A DNA stretch of 33,163 nucleotides from Candidatus Eiseniibacteriota bacterium (lineage in GTDB: Bacteria > Orphanbacterota > Orphanbacteria > Orphanbacterales > Orphanbacteraceae). Shown here piece after piece: positions 17,939 through 26,163 of the stretch (position 1 is its first letter; the number at the start of each line of letters is the position of its first letter). The translations under genes were made by a program, and so were the position numbers. The stretch lies in the NCBI GenBank assembly GCA_043809585.1, contig JBDROZ010000107.1, forward strand, positions 1 through 33,163. Direction: 5' to 3'. The notes under the pieces were generated by a model that did no database searches, was not told the DNA's origin, and worked only from the letters and a program-made list of their open reading frames with translations.

Positions 17939-18089
17939 CCCGAATCGGCCCGGCGTAGTGGATTGGAAGAGAACAAGATGGAGGGCGCGCCCCCGGGCGG
18001 CTCCGTCGTGGACCTTCCGATGAGCCCCGAAAACCTCTAAGATCCCGATGATCCGGCGCTCATGACGATTGCCGGCGAGGGAGCGAATC

Positions 18090-18911
18090 ATGACCGATCA
18101 GGGGTCCTTTTATGGCAGGCCCGGCCTGAACGTGGAAACGTACGACGCCTTTCAGGAACGATACGCGAACGAGAGCGGCTTTCCCGCCCTGGACGGGGAT
18201 GTGGAGTTCTACAAGAGCCTCGCCGTTTCGTCGGGGGGGCCCGTTCTCGAACTCGCCTGCGGCACGGGCCGGGTGGCGTGGCCGATCGCGGAGGCGGGGG
18301 TGGACGTGGTCGGCCTCGACCTCTCGGAGGCGATGCTCGGCGCGGCCCGCGCGAAGGGGGAAAGATACCCGGCCGATGTCCGTGCCCGGGCGACGTTCGT
18401 GAGCGGAAACATGGCCGAGTTCGATCTCGGCCGTGTTTTCCCCCTTGTGGTGATCGCTTTTCGGTCCTTCCAGTCGCTCCTGACGGTGGAGGAGGAGCGG
18501 GCGTGCCTCGAGCGGATCCGCCGGCACCTCGCGCCGGAGGGTCGGCTCGTCATCGACAACTTCGACCCCCTGCTTCAGTATTGCCTCCCCGAGGCGGAGT
18601 CGCCGGTCATCGACCGGTCCGCGACCCATCCGGTGACGGGGAACGCGGTGAAGATCGAGGTAGTCGAGAGGACCACCGACCCGTACCGGCAGCTGATCAC
18701 CGAGCACTGGAGGTTCACCGAGCACGACGAGAACGGCGACGTGGTGCGGGAGGAAGAGGACGTACTGAAGCTCCGCTGGATCTACCGCCAGGAGATGCGC
18801 TACCTCTTCGAGCTGACCGGCTTTCGGGTCGAGGGGGAGTTCTCCGACTTCCACGGCGACGAGCCGGGCTACGGGAAGGAACAGATCTGGATCGCCCGCG
18901 GAGTTCGGTAG
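18090..18911 (+). CDS. Class I SAM-dependent methyltransferase
   Basis: Motifs VLELACGTGRV, VVGLDLSEAML, GNMAEFDL and HLAPEGRLVID. RBS GAGGGA before MTDQG. Confidence 0.88.
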   Translation: MTDQGSFYGRPGLNVETYDAFQERYANESGFPALDGDVEFYKSLAVSSGGPVLELACGTGRVAWPIAEAGVDVVGLDLSEAMLGAARAKGERYPADVRARATFVSGNMAEFDLGRVFPLVVIAFRSFQSLLTVEEERACLERIRRHLAPEGRLVIDNFDPLLQYCLPEAESPVIDRSATHPVTGNAVKIEVVERTTDPYRQLITEHWRFTEHDENGDVVREEEDVLKLRWIYRQEMRYLFELTGFRVEGEFSDFHGDEPGYGKEQIWIARGVR

Positions 18912-19033
18912 GTTTCTACTGCGGTTCCGGCGGACGGCCTGCGAGGGCCGTCCTCCGTCGCCGAGCCCCATGCGCCGGATCATTCGACGTGCCGAGGCAA
19001 TGCGCGCGGAATTGATGAGAGTGACGTCGGGAA

Positions 19034-19308
19034 CCCGGGTGGGCGGACGTCACCTTCTTTTCTCTCCCGCGTGCGCGGGGGCATGGGCCGAGTTCTAACG
19101 GCAGTCCTTGCTGATCATTCCCAGCCACGGGCGGGTGGCCGCGACAGGGGTCCGCGAGGCGCGCAGCCACCAAGCGCCCGATCCCGAAAGACCCCATGTG
19201 ACCCCGCTCGAAACGAGCGGTTCTCATAGAGCCAACGGATGAGGACAAAGCCGCGACTGGCGAGCACCGCAGTGGACAGGAGCGGACAGGACCTGCCCGT
19301 CTGAGAAC
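19034..19308. repeat. Dispersed non-coding repeat, copy A (direct repeat of 21104-21290)
   Basis: Three collinear blocks are shared with copy B: CCCGGGTGGGCGGAC, 19100-19150 versus 21168-21218 (46/51), and 19262-19308 versus 21244-21290. Confidence 0.8.
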
Positions 19309-19339
19309 ATCATCCGTTTCATGCGCCGTCTCTCACCCC

Positions 19340-20584
19340 CTACCCCGCGAGCGGGTCCGCCACCCTCCCCATGAAGAGGATCGCGCCCGTCCACTTGTCC
19401 CGGATGAAGAAGAGGAAGGGGTGGTCGGCCCGGAAGACGGGGGGAGCCGAACGCTCGACGAGTTCGAGCGCAACCACCACCCCCGTGGCCGCGGCCGCTT
19501 CGGTCCCCTTCTCGTTCACGTCGACGAAGCTGCTGTGGAAGACGTTGGAGACGAAGAGGTCCGTGTCCGCCGTCATCCCGGAGAGGTCCGCGTCGCCCCG
19601 CTTGAAGAGGGAAGGCATCCCCATCCCCGCGAGGACCGGGGCGAGATCGAATTCATCGGTCATCCGGAACCGGGGGAGATACACGTCTACCTCCGCGTCC
19701 CCCGCGCACCGGAGCCAGGCGCGGAGCTTCTCCTTGTCGAGTGTCCCCTCGATCGCGCCGAGCCCGTCCTTCTCGTCGGGAAGGACGACCACCATGTTCA
19801 GGTCCTCCCCGGCGTAGGGAAGCTCCAAGACGCGGACGCCTTCTTCCTTTCCGTACGGGTAGGTACCCTGCCGGTGCATCATCGGCACGTCGATCGAGTC
19901 GGCGGCCGTGACGTGGAAGGGAAGGTCCCGGGTGTCGTCTTCCTTGAACGGGTCTTTCCAGCTGCCGTGGAAGTAGATCGCGTTCGTGAGGACGAGCCGC
20001 GCGGCGGGCGATAGACTCTTCACCGCCTCCGGGATGCGCCCGTTCGTCCGCTCCCCGATCCAGGCGTTGATCGCCTTTCTCGACCCTTCCGGATCTCCGG
20101 CGAGATCGACGGCCTGAATGGGCGCGCCGTACGATTCTCCCGTGATCTTCAGAAATGGCGCCAGGAACGCGGTCCCCTTCCGGCCCCAGAGCCGGTTCGC
20201 CATCCGGAGCTCGTAGAACCCGGCGTCGTTCGCGCCGCTTAGGCTGCGAAGGAGCATACCGTAGGAAGCGTCGAACTTCGGGTCTTCGAGAGGAAAGCCG
20301 AGGACCCCGGCCATCTCGTCCCGGGTCGCCCCCGCGGCGCCGGCGTAGGTCATGGCGAGGGATGCGGAAACGCTGGTCGGGGAGAAGAAGAGATTGCCCT
20401 CCTTGGCGGCGAGGGCGCCGTACAAATCGATGGCGAGATCGTTCGCGGCGGAGACGACCTTCCGCACTTCCGCCTTTGAGTCGGCCGGGATCTCCCGGCT
20501 GGTCCATTGACGACTCTTGTCGGTGGCGAGGGAGGGGGACGCGAGAAGTACGAGGACACCGATGGTTATTCCGATACGACGCAT
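19340..20584 (-). CDS. Secreted serpin (serine protease inhibitor family I4)
   Basis: Signal peptide; motifs NLFFSPTS, LVLTNAIYFHGSW, VPMM and YLPRF; inhibitory hinge VNEKGTEAAAATG; signature FRADHPFLFFIRD. RBS AGGAGG. Confidence 0.93.
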   Translation of the reverse strand: MRRIGITIGVLVLLASPSLATDKSRQWTSREIPADSKAEVRKVVSAANDLAIDLYGALAAKEGNLFFSPTSVSASLAMTYAGAAGATRDEMAGVLGFPLEDPKFDASYGMLLRSLSGANDAGFYELRMANRLWGRKGTAFLAPFLKITGESYGAPIQAVDLAGDPEGSRKAINAWIGERTNGRIPEAVKSLSPAARLVLTNAIYFHGSWKDPFKEDDTRDLPFHVTAADSIDVPMMHRQGTYPYGKEEGVRVLELPYAGEDLNMVVVLPDEKDGLGAIEGTLDKEKLRAWLRCAGDAEVDVYLPRFRMTDEFDLAPVLAGMGMPSLFKRGDADLSGMTADTDLFVSNVFHSSFVDVNEKGTEAAAATGVVVALELVERSAPPVFRADHPFLFFIRDKWTGAILFMGRVADPLAG

Positions 20585-20640
20585 GTCGGACCTCCTGAAT
20601 TACGGAAAACTGGGGTCGGAGCCCGAACAGACTATACTCC

Positions 20641-20920
20641 GTGAACTCCTCCTCTGCACCTTGGAACAGTCGTGCTCGTGGGCAATACCCGTCCGGAGGA
20701 CGGCGGGACGGGGGAGTGGCTTCGGGAGGGATCGGGTCATAACCGGGGAGTTGTTGCCGTCTTTCGCAACGCCTCCTCTACGAGGCCGGAGAAAGGGAGG
20801 GTTTGCTCCCGCAGCAAGACGAGCGTCCAAGTCTAACCCGCCTCCCTCCCTCGTCCGCTCCCCCGCCCCGCCGCGGAAGGGGAGCACTGCAGTGGACAGC
20901 CGCAGACAGGTCCGCCCATT
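20641..20920. repeat. Mosaic repeat made of modules X, Y and Z
   Basis: X (20643-20716) matches the reverse complement of 25461-25534. Y (20701-20885) is collinear with 25062-25247. Z (20882-20920) resembles 19262-19300 and 21244-21282. Confidence 0.75.
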
Positions 20921-20930
20921 AGAGGGGGGC

Positions 20931-21018
20931 AAATGGGGACAGTCACCAATCATCTGCATCTGTCGGCACATGTTCCGTTCTCCGCGCACATCGCAAATAG
21001 GTGTCTGACCCTATTTGC
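20931..21018. repeat. REP-like short palindromic motifs
   Basis: AAATGGGGACAGTCACCAAT at 20931, hairpin GCAAATAGG-TGTCTGAC-CCTATTTGC at 20993-21018, and a related motif CTGGGGTCGGAGCCC near 20610. Confidence 0.45.
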
Positions 21019-21103
21019 CTCCAGGACGAACGGGGGCGGGCCGCAGGAACTTCTATGGCTGTTTGAGGCAGCGCGCGGCACAATCGTAGCCGGCCATCCG
21101 GCG

Positions 21104-21290
21104 CCCGGGTGGGCGGACATCATTCTTTTCTTTTCCGCCCCCCGTGGAGAGGACATTCGGGGGGAGAGGCAGTCCTTGCTGATCATACGCAACCACGGGC
21201 GGGTGGCCGGGGCAGGGGCGTTAGGCGAGGAGCGCAGCGAAGCGGGCACTGCAGCGGACAGCCCCGGACAGGTCCCGCCCGTATGAGGAC
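21104..21290. repeat. Dispersed non-coding repeat, copy B
   Basis: Shares three blocks with 19034-19308 and lies 12 nt past the stop codon of the heme A synthase gene. Confidence 0.8.
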
Positions 21291-21302
21291 TCCTTCTCCC
21301 TC

Positions 21303-22610
21303 CTACTCCGCGGAGGCGGGCTTCACCATCCGGTGGAGCCAGGCCCAGAGCATCACCGCATGGGCGAGGAGCGCGGCGCCCGTCGCCTGGTGGATCGTCG
21401 TCACCGTCACGTCGAAGGCCGACGCCGGGCCCCCCTCGGGGCTCGACCCGGAGGCGATCCACGCGAGGATGCCGAGGATCATCTGGGTCCCGAGGATCAT
21501 GACGAAGACCTTGCCCGTCTTGCTCACCACCGGCACATCTTCGTAGAGCCCCCACGCCCGCGCCCCCGTCGCGACGCCGACGCCGAGAACCACCACGGCG
21601 AGGAAGATGTGCATGTGGAGCCCCCCCGCGAGGTGGCGCTGCACCGCGCCGAGGACGATTTGCGCGACGATGAGCGCCGTGGTGAGAGCCGCGAGGCTCC
21701 GGTCCGTCCCCGCCGTCCGCTTCGGCGCCGCTTCGGTCCGTCCGAGCCAGTGGTCCGCCAAGAAGACCGAAATCGCGACGAGCAGGCCGAAGAAGATCTG
21801 CCCCGTCACGCCGTGAACCAGCGCGAGGAATAGGTTCGGCCGGAGCGCCTCCCGGGCCGTCTCGAGCGTCGGATATCCCGTCACCCGCATTCCGCCGAGG
21901 AACCCCTGGATGAGCACGAGAAAAACGGCGAGGAGGCCGAGCCTCTTCAGCCACAACCGGCTCTCCACCCGCAAGAGGTGAAAGGCGAGCCAGATCGTCG
22001 TCAGCCCGACGAGCGAACCGAGGAGCCGGTGGGCGTGCTCGTAGTAGATCCCCCCCGACATCTTCGCAAGGGGATAGAGGAACATGTTGTAGCCATACGA
22101 GGTCGGCCAGTCGGGGACGTCGAGCCCCGCCTTGGCGCCCGTCACGATCCCCCCGGCGATGAGGAGAAGGAACGTTGCCGCCACGGAGACGCGCGCGAAG
22201 GCGCCCGTCCAGTTCCGGGTTCCGCCTCGGGCCCCCCGGCCCCCCCACGCCCCGCCCGCGGCGCCGAGGATCACGCCGAGGGCGATCGTTCCCGGGACCC
22301 ATAGCCAGGCCGCGGGAAGCGTCCGGCCCGGTCCCGCTCCGCCGAGGAGGCTCCCGAGGATGAGCAGGTTCAGGATGGATGCGACGAGGCCGGTCTTCGC
22401 CCCCGCCCTCCATCCGTCGCCGGTCCATCGTCCGGAAGCCGTCCCGCCGAGGAAGAGACAGAGGAGCATGAGAGGAACCGTGATCCATGCCGGCGCCTGC
22501 ACCGACGGGAACCGGCAGATGTATCCGACCGCCCACATGGCGGTGGTCGTCCCGAACGCGAGCGCCATGAACGCCCCCCGCTCGTATCTCGATCGATCCA
22601 TTTCGCCCAT
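21303..22610 (-). CDS. ctaA: Heme A synthase (COX15/CtaA family) with an extra N-terminal membrane domain
   Basis: Motifs GGIVTG..AGL.VPDWP, EHAHRLLGSLVG, QG.LGG.RV, VHG..GQ and IHQATG. Start set at MGEMD after GAGGG. Divergent from the heme O synthase gene. Confidence 0.8.
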   Translation of the reverse strand: MGEMDRSRYERGAFMALAFGTTTAMWAVGYICRFPSVQAPAWITVPLMLLCLFLGGTASGRWTGDGWRAGAKTGLVASILNLLILGSLLGGAGPGRTLPAAWLWVPGTIALGVILGAAGGAWGGRGARGGTRNWTGAFARVSVAATFLLLIAGGIVTGAKAGLDVPDWPTSYGYNMFLYPLAKMSGGIYYEHAHRLLGSLVGLTTIWLAFHLLRVESRLWLKRLGLLAVFLVLIQGFLGGMRVTGYPTLETAREALRPNLFLALVHGVTGQIFFGLLVAISVFLADHWLGRTEAAPKRTAGTDRSLAALTTALIVAQIVLGAVQRHLAGGLHMHIFLAVVVLGVGVATGARAWGLYEDVPVVSKTGKVFVMILGTQMILGILAWIASGSSPEGGPASAFDVTVTTIHQATGAALLAHAVMLWAWLHRMVKPASAE

Positions 22611-22732
22611 GATTTCCCTCCGGCCGGTGATAGTCACCGGTTGGCGTACGGTTCTCATAGTCGCAGAAAGGAACGGCCCGAGGAAGGAAAAGTTGCGTAG
22701 GCACCTGTCGCATCATAAGATAAGTAAAGAGG

Positions 22733-22888
22733 TTCGGGGGACACAATACTGAACCCGCAGTTCGAGGGACACAATATCGAATTCGAGTTCCGTATCGTGT
22801 CCCCCGTCTTGGAACCCGGGGGACACAATACCCGACTCACAGTTCGAGGGACACGCTACCTGATTCGAATTCGGTATTGTGTCCCCCA
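22733..22888. repeat. REP/BIME-like array of two 82-bp units, each with two direct and one inverted GGGACACAATA-type motif
   Basis: Direct motifs at 22738/22820 and 22766/22848, inverted motifs at 22793/22875; the period is 82 throughout. Confidence 0.8.
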
Positions 22889-22908
22889 GTTTCCCGGAGG
22901 AGCGAGAC

Positions 22909-23865
22909 TTGAAGAGGATGATCTCGATCTACCTGGAGCTCGCGAAGGCGCGGTTGACGGCGCTGGTGGTGATGACCGCCGGAGTCGGCTACGTCGTCGC
23001 CGCGAACGGACCCTTCTCCTGGGGCCGTCTTTTCTGGACCGTCTTCGGGACCGCCCTCGCCGCGGGGGGGGCGAACGCCCTGAACCAGGTGATCGAAATC
23101 GAACGGGACCGTCTCATGGAGCGGACCCGGCGCCGCGCCCTGCCGGATGGCCGCATCGGCCGGGGACACGCACTCATCTTCGCCTCGATCGTATCCGCCG
23201 CCGGGCCGGTCCTGCTCGCCCTCTTCGTGAACGGCCGGACCGCCTCCCTCGGTCTCGCGGCGATCGTCCTCTACGTGCTGGTCTACACGCCGATGAAACC
23301 GCTTACGCCTCTCTGCACGCTTGTCGGCGCGGTCTGCGGCGCCATCCCTCCGGTGATGGGTTGGACGGCGCGGACCGGCGAACTCGGCGCGGGCGGATGG
23401 ATCCTCGGCGCGCTCCTTTTCGTCTGGCAGATCCCCCACTTCCTCGCCCTCGCCTGGCTCTATCGGGAGGACTACGCCCGCGGGGGCTTCCGCATGCTCC
23501 CCTCCCTCGACGTGAAGGGGATCGTGACGTTTCGCATGATCCTCCTCTACTCGCTCGTCCTCCTCCCCATCGGCCTCGCCCTCACCCTCACGGGAAGCGC
23601 GGGACCCATCTACGCGGCGGGGTCGCTCCTCTTCGGCGGGGCCCTCCTCGTTCCCGGCGTGAAACTCTACCGCCGGAAGGGGGACCCGGAGGCGCGCCGC
23701 CTCTTCTTCGCCACCCTCCTCTACATGCCCCTCGTTCTCGGTCTCATGGTGATCGACCGGGGCCCCGGCGGCGGGATTCCCGTTGCGGCGCTGGCGGAGG
23801 CCGTGTCATCCTGGGAATTCGGGGACTCGATACCGGATTCGGAGGGTGCTCTTCCGCCGCGGTAA
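22909..23865 (+). CDS. ctaB: Protoheme IX farnesyltransferase (heme O synthase)
   Basis: Motifs YLELAKAR, ALNQ..E.ERDRLMERTRRR.LP.G, YTPMK, GAIPPVMGW and WQIPHFLALAW.YREDY. TTG start after GGAGGAG; the ATG at 22918 is an alternative. Confidence 0.93.
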   Translation: MKRMISIYLELAKARLTALVVMTAGVGYVVAANGPFSWGRLFWTVFGTALAAGGANALNQVIEIERDRLMERTRRRALPDGRIGRGHALIFASIVSAAGPVLLALFVNGRTASLGLAAIVLYVLVYTPMKPLTPLCTLVGAVCGAIPPVMGWTARTGELGAGGWILGALLFVWQIPHFLALAWLYREDYARGGFRMLPSLDVKGIVTFRMILLYSLVLLPIGLALTLTGSAGPIYAAGSLLFGGALLVPGVKLYRRKGDPEARRLFFATLLYMPLVLGLMVIDRGPGGGIPVAALAEAVSSWEFGDSIPDSEGALPPR

Positions 23866-23944
23866 CCGTTGTCGCAGGCTCACACGCTGGCGAAATGGGC
23901 ATGGTGTCCCTCGAATCGCGGATTAGGTATTGTGTCCCCCGAAT
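23815..23944. repeat. Further copies of the GGGACACAATA-family repeat
   Basis: GGGGACTCGATACC at 23821, GGTGTCCCTCGAA at about 23903 and GGTATTGTGTCCCCCGAA at 23926. Overlaps the 3' end of ctaB. Confidence 0.65.
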
Positions 23945-23963
23945 GATGAGGAGGCACACCCCC

Positions 23964-25025
23964 ATGAATCCTCCGAAGCAGAGACGCCCTAGCCGTTTCG
24001 GTCCCGCCCTCTGGCTCCTCGCCCTCGGATTTCTTCTCGCCGGCATCGCCGTCGCCATGCACCTGCTGCCGATGCTCCGCGCGTCGAGAGAGAGCGGCGC
24101 CGTCGGGGACGGCGCGAGCGTGTCGAGCTACGGGTTCGACTTGGAGCCGTGCCTGATCCCGGCGAACGAGATCGTCGCCACCGGCCTCGCGAAAGGGGCC
24201 CTGCCCGCCATGACCCACCCGCCGGTCCTGATGCCGGGGGAAGCAGATTCGATCGGCGGCGCGGAGCGGGGGAAGTACATGGTCTCCGGGGATCGGGTGG
24301 TGGGAGTCGTGATCGGGGGGGCGGCGCGGGCGTACCCGCTCCACGTGCTCGCCTGGCACGAGGTGGTGAACGACACGCTCGGCGGGGAACCGATCGCCGT
24401 GACCTATAGCCCCCTCTCGGGTGGGGTGATCGTCTTCGGGCGGCGGGTGGGGGACGAGGTGTTTCGCTTCGGCGTCTCCGGCCTTCTCTACAACTCGAAC
24501 CTGCTCATGTACGACATGGGACCCGGCGGCGCGGGGGAGAGCCTATGGAGCCAAATGATGGGAGTCGCGGTCGCGGGGCCCCGGGCGGGAATCGGTATCG
24601 AGGTTCTCCCGTCGGCGGTGATGGCGTGGGGGGATTGGCGGGCCCGGCACCCGAAGACGACGGTGCTCGGCCGGGACCCGCGGCGGGTGAAGGCTTACAA
24701 GAAGGACCCGTACGGAAACTACTTCAGTTCCGACCTGCTCCGCTTTCCGGTGAGTCCCATGCCGCCGGAAGGGGGGGCGCCCCTCAAGTCGCGGGTGCTC
24801 GCGGTCCGGCCCGGCCGGGATTGGGTGATGTTCCGGTTCGACGAGATCGGGGCGAACGCGGACGGGAAGGGCGAGTGGCGGACGGCGGCGCCGGGCGGGA
24901 CGCCCCTCGTCCTTCACTATAGAAAGGAGCCGGAGACCGCGTGGGCCCTCGCCGGCGACCCGCCCACCCCCGTCCCGAGCTACCAGTGCTTCTGGTTCGC
25001 CTGGTACGCATTTCGAGGCGAATGA
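23964..25025 (+). CDS. DUF3179 family membrane-anchored protein
   Basis: RBS GAGGAGG and an N-terminal TM segment. Motifs RAYPL.VL.WHEVVND, FGVSGLLYNSNLLMYD, ESLWSQ, W..W...HPKT.V and C-terminal FWFAWYAF. Confidence 0.82.
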   Translation: MNPPKQRRPSRFGPALWLLALGFLLAGIAVAMHLLPMLRASRESGAVGDGASVSSYGFDLEPCLIPANEIVATGLAKGALPAMTHPPVLMPGEADSIGGAERGKYMVSGDRVVGVVIGGAARAYPLHVLAWHEVVNDTLGGEPIAVTYSPLSGGVIVFGRRVGDEVFRFGVSGLLYNSNLLMYDMGPGGAGESLWSQMMGVAVAGPRAGIGIEVLPSAVMAWGDWRARHPKTTVLGRDPRRVKAYKKDPYGNYFSSDLLRFPVSPMPPEGGAPLKSRVLAVRPGRDWVMFRFDEIGANADGKGEWRTAAPGGTPLVLHYRKEPETAWALAGDPPTPVPSYQCFWFAWYAFRGE

Positions 25026-25061
25026 GGAGTGCGTGTGATGACACGCACTCCCGGAAAGTCC

Positions 25062-25538
25062 CGGCGGGACGGGGGATCGGCATCGGGAGGGGGCGGGGCA
25101 TCACCGGGGAGCCCAAGGAAGACTTGCGCAACGCAGACACCACGCGTCCGGAGAATGGGAGGGTCGCCTCCCGCCGCACGACGAGCGTCCCAACCTGCCC
25201 CGCTACCCTCCCTCCTCCGATCCGCCCCCCCGCCGGAAGGAGGGGAGACGGAAACAGAGGAGTGGGCGGGGGATCCGCCCACCGACTGCAAAATTGTCAT
25301 CCCCGCGGAGGCGGGGAACCAGGAAATCCAATTCCGGTGATCTCCCCCGCCCCGCCGGAAGGAGGGGAGACGGAAATAGAGGAGTGGGTGGGGGATCCGC
25401 CCACCGACTGCAAAATTGTCATCCCCGCGGAGGGGATCCAGGAAATCCAATTCCGGTGATCTCCCCCGCCCCGCCGTCCTTAGAACGGGTACTGCACGCG
25501 AGCAGAAGTGTTCCAGGGTGCAGAGGAGGAGTTCGAGC
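25062..25538. repeat. Mosaic repeat: module Y, two tandem ~120-bp units, then inverted module X
   Basis: Tandem units start at about 25231 and 25353 and end near 25476 (periods 122 and 119). The first holds a GTGGGCGG-GGA-TCCGCCCAC hairpin and a GTCATCCCCGCGGAGGCGGGGA REP-like palindrome; the second holds slightly altered versions. Confidence 0.85.
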
Positions 25539-25572
25539 AAGCCATCGAGTCCGGAATGAGGCGAAGCCTGCC

Positions 25573-26163
25573 TCAGACCTTGTTCCCCACGTACAGCACC
25601 GCGAAGAGCACGAGCCAGACGACGTCGAGGAAGTGCCAGTACATCGACACGAGGACCACACCCTCGTGCCTCTCCGGCGTGTACGCGCCGGCGTAGGCCT
25701 TCGCCGTGGTGCGGAGGAGACCGGCGATCCCGCCGATCACGTGGACGGCGTGGAGCACCGTGAGCAGGAAGAACGTGAAACCGTAGAGGTCCCGCTGGGC
25801 GGTGACACTATTCGCCTGGAGGGCGCGCCAGTTCAAGAGTTGGAGAATCAGGAAGAGGAGGCCGAGGAGGAGGGTAGCCGTGAGGCCCCCTTTGAGACAT
25901 CTCGCCGTCCCCTCCCGCGCTCCCTTCAACGCCCTGTGCATGGTGAAGCTGCTCGCGAGGAGCGCCACCGTGCTCCAGACGAGGCCGAACGGGAGGGGGG
26001 GCGTCCCCTCGGGGGGCCACTCGGGGGCCCGGAGCCGGATGATCATATAGCCGGCGAGGCTCGCGAGAAAAAGGACCGAGAGGGATGCGAGAAAGAGCGT
26101 CATTCCGAACCGGCTCGTCCCCGCCGGGAGATCGTTCCGCCCGGGATCGGGTCCGTTCGTCAC
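25573..26163 (-). CDS. Cytochrome c oxidase subunit III family protein, second copy
   Basis: GTG start overlaps the subunit IV stop (GTGA). Motifs FGMTLFLASLSVLF, LTVLHAVHVIGG and YWHFLDVVW. Confidence 0.85.
   Translation of the reverse strand: MTNGPDPGRNDLPAGTSRFGMTLFLASLSVLFLASLAGYMIIRLRAPEWPPEGTPPLPFGLVWSTVALLASSFTMHRALKGAREGTARCLKGGLTATLLLGLLFLILQLLNWRALQANSVTAQRDLYGFTFFLLTVLHAVHVIGGIAGLLRTTAKAYAGAYTPERHEGVVLVSMYWHFLDVVWLVLFAVLYVGNKV

Noticed and set aside
18916-19248. Small ORFs in repeat-rich intergenic regions (18916-19248, 20600-20989, 20933-21286, 25029-25340)
   Set aside because: They lack RBSs and family motifs, are built from repeat modules, and their frames are not conserved between repeat copies.
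20831-21226. Integron attC site suggested by GTCTAAC (20831) and GTTAGGC (21220)
   Set aside because: The two are about 390 bp apart, far longer than an attC. There is no matching internal palindrome, the motifs are not conserved in the other repeat copies, and no integrase is present.
22797-23963. N-terminal half of the 742-aa ORF as a fusion to DUF3179
   Set aside because: It is an off-frame shadow of ctaB plus repeat DNA. A strong RBS and ATG at 23964 give the real start.
23964-25025. Selenoprotein recoding in DUF3179
   Set aside because: There is no in-frame TGA, and the motif positions are ordinary Ser codons.
22733-25476. CRISPR array interpretation of the 82-bp and 122-bp repeats
   Set aside because: Each has only two units, the would-be spacers are themselves repeated, motif orientations are mixed, and there are no cas genes.
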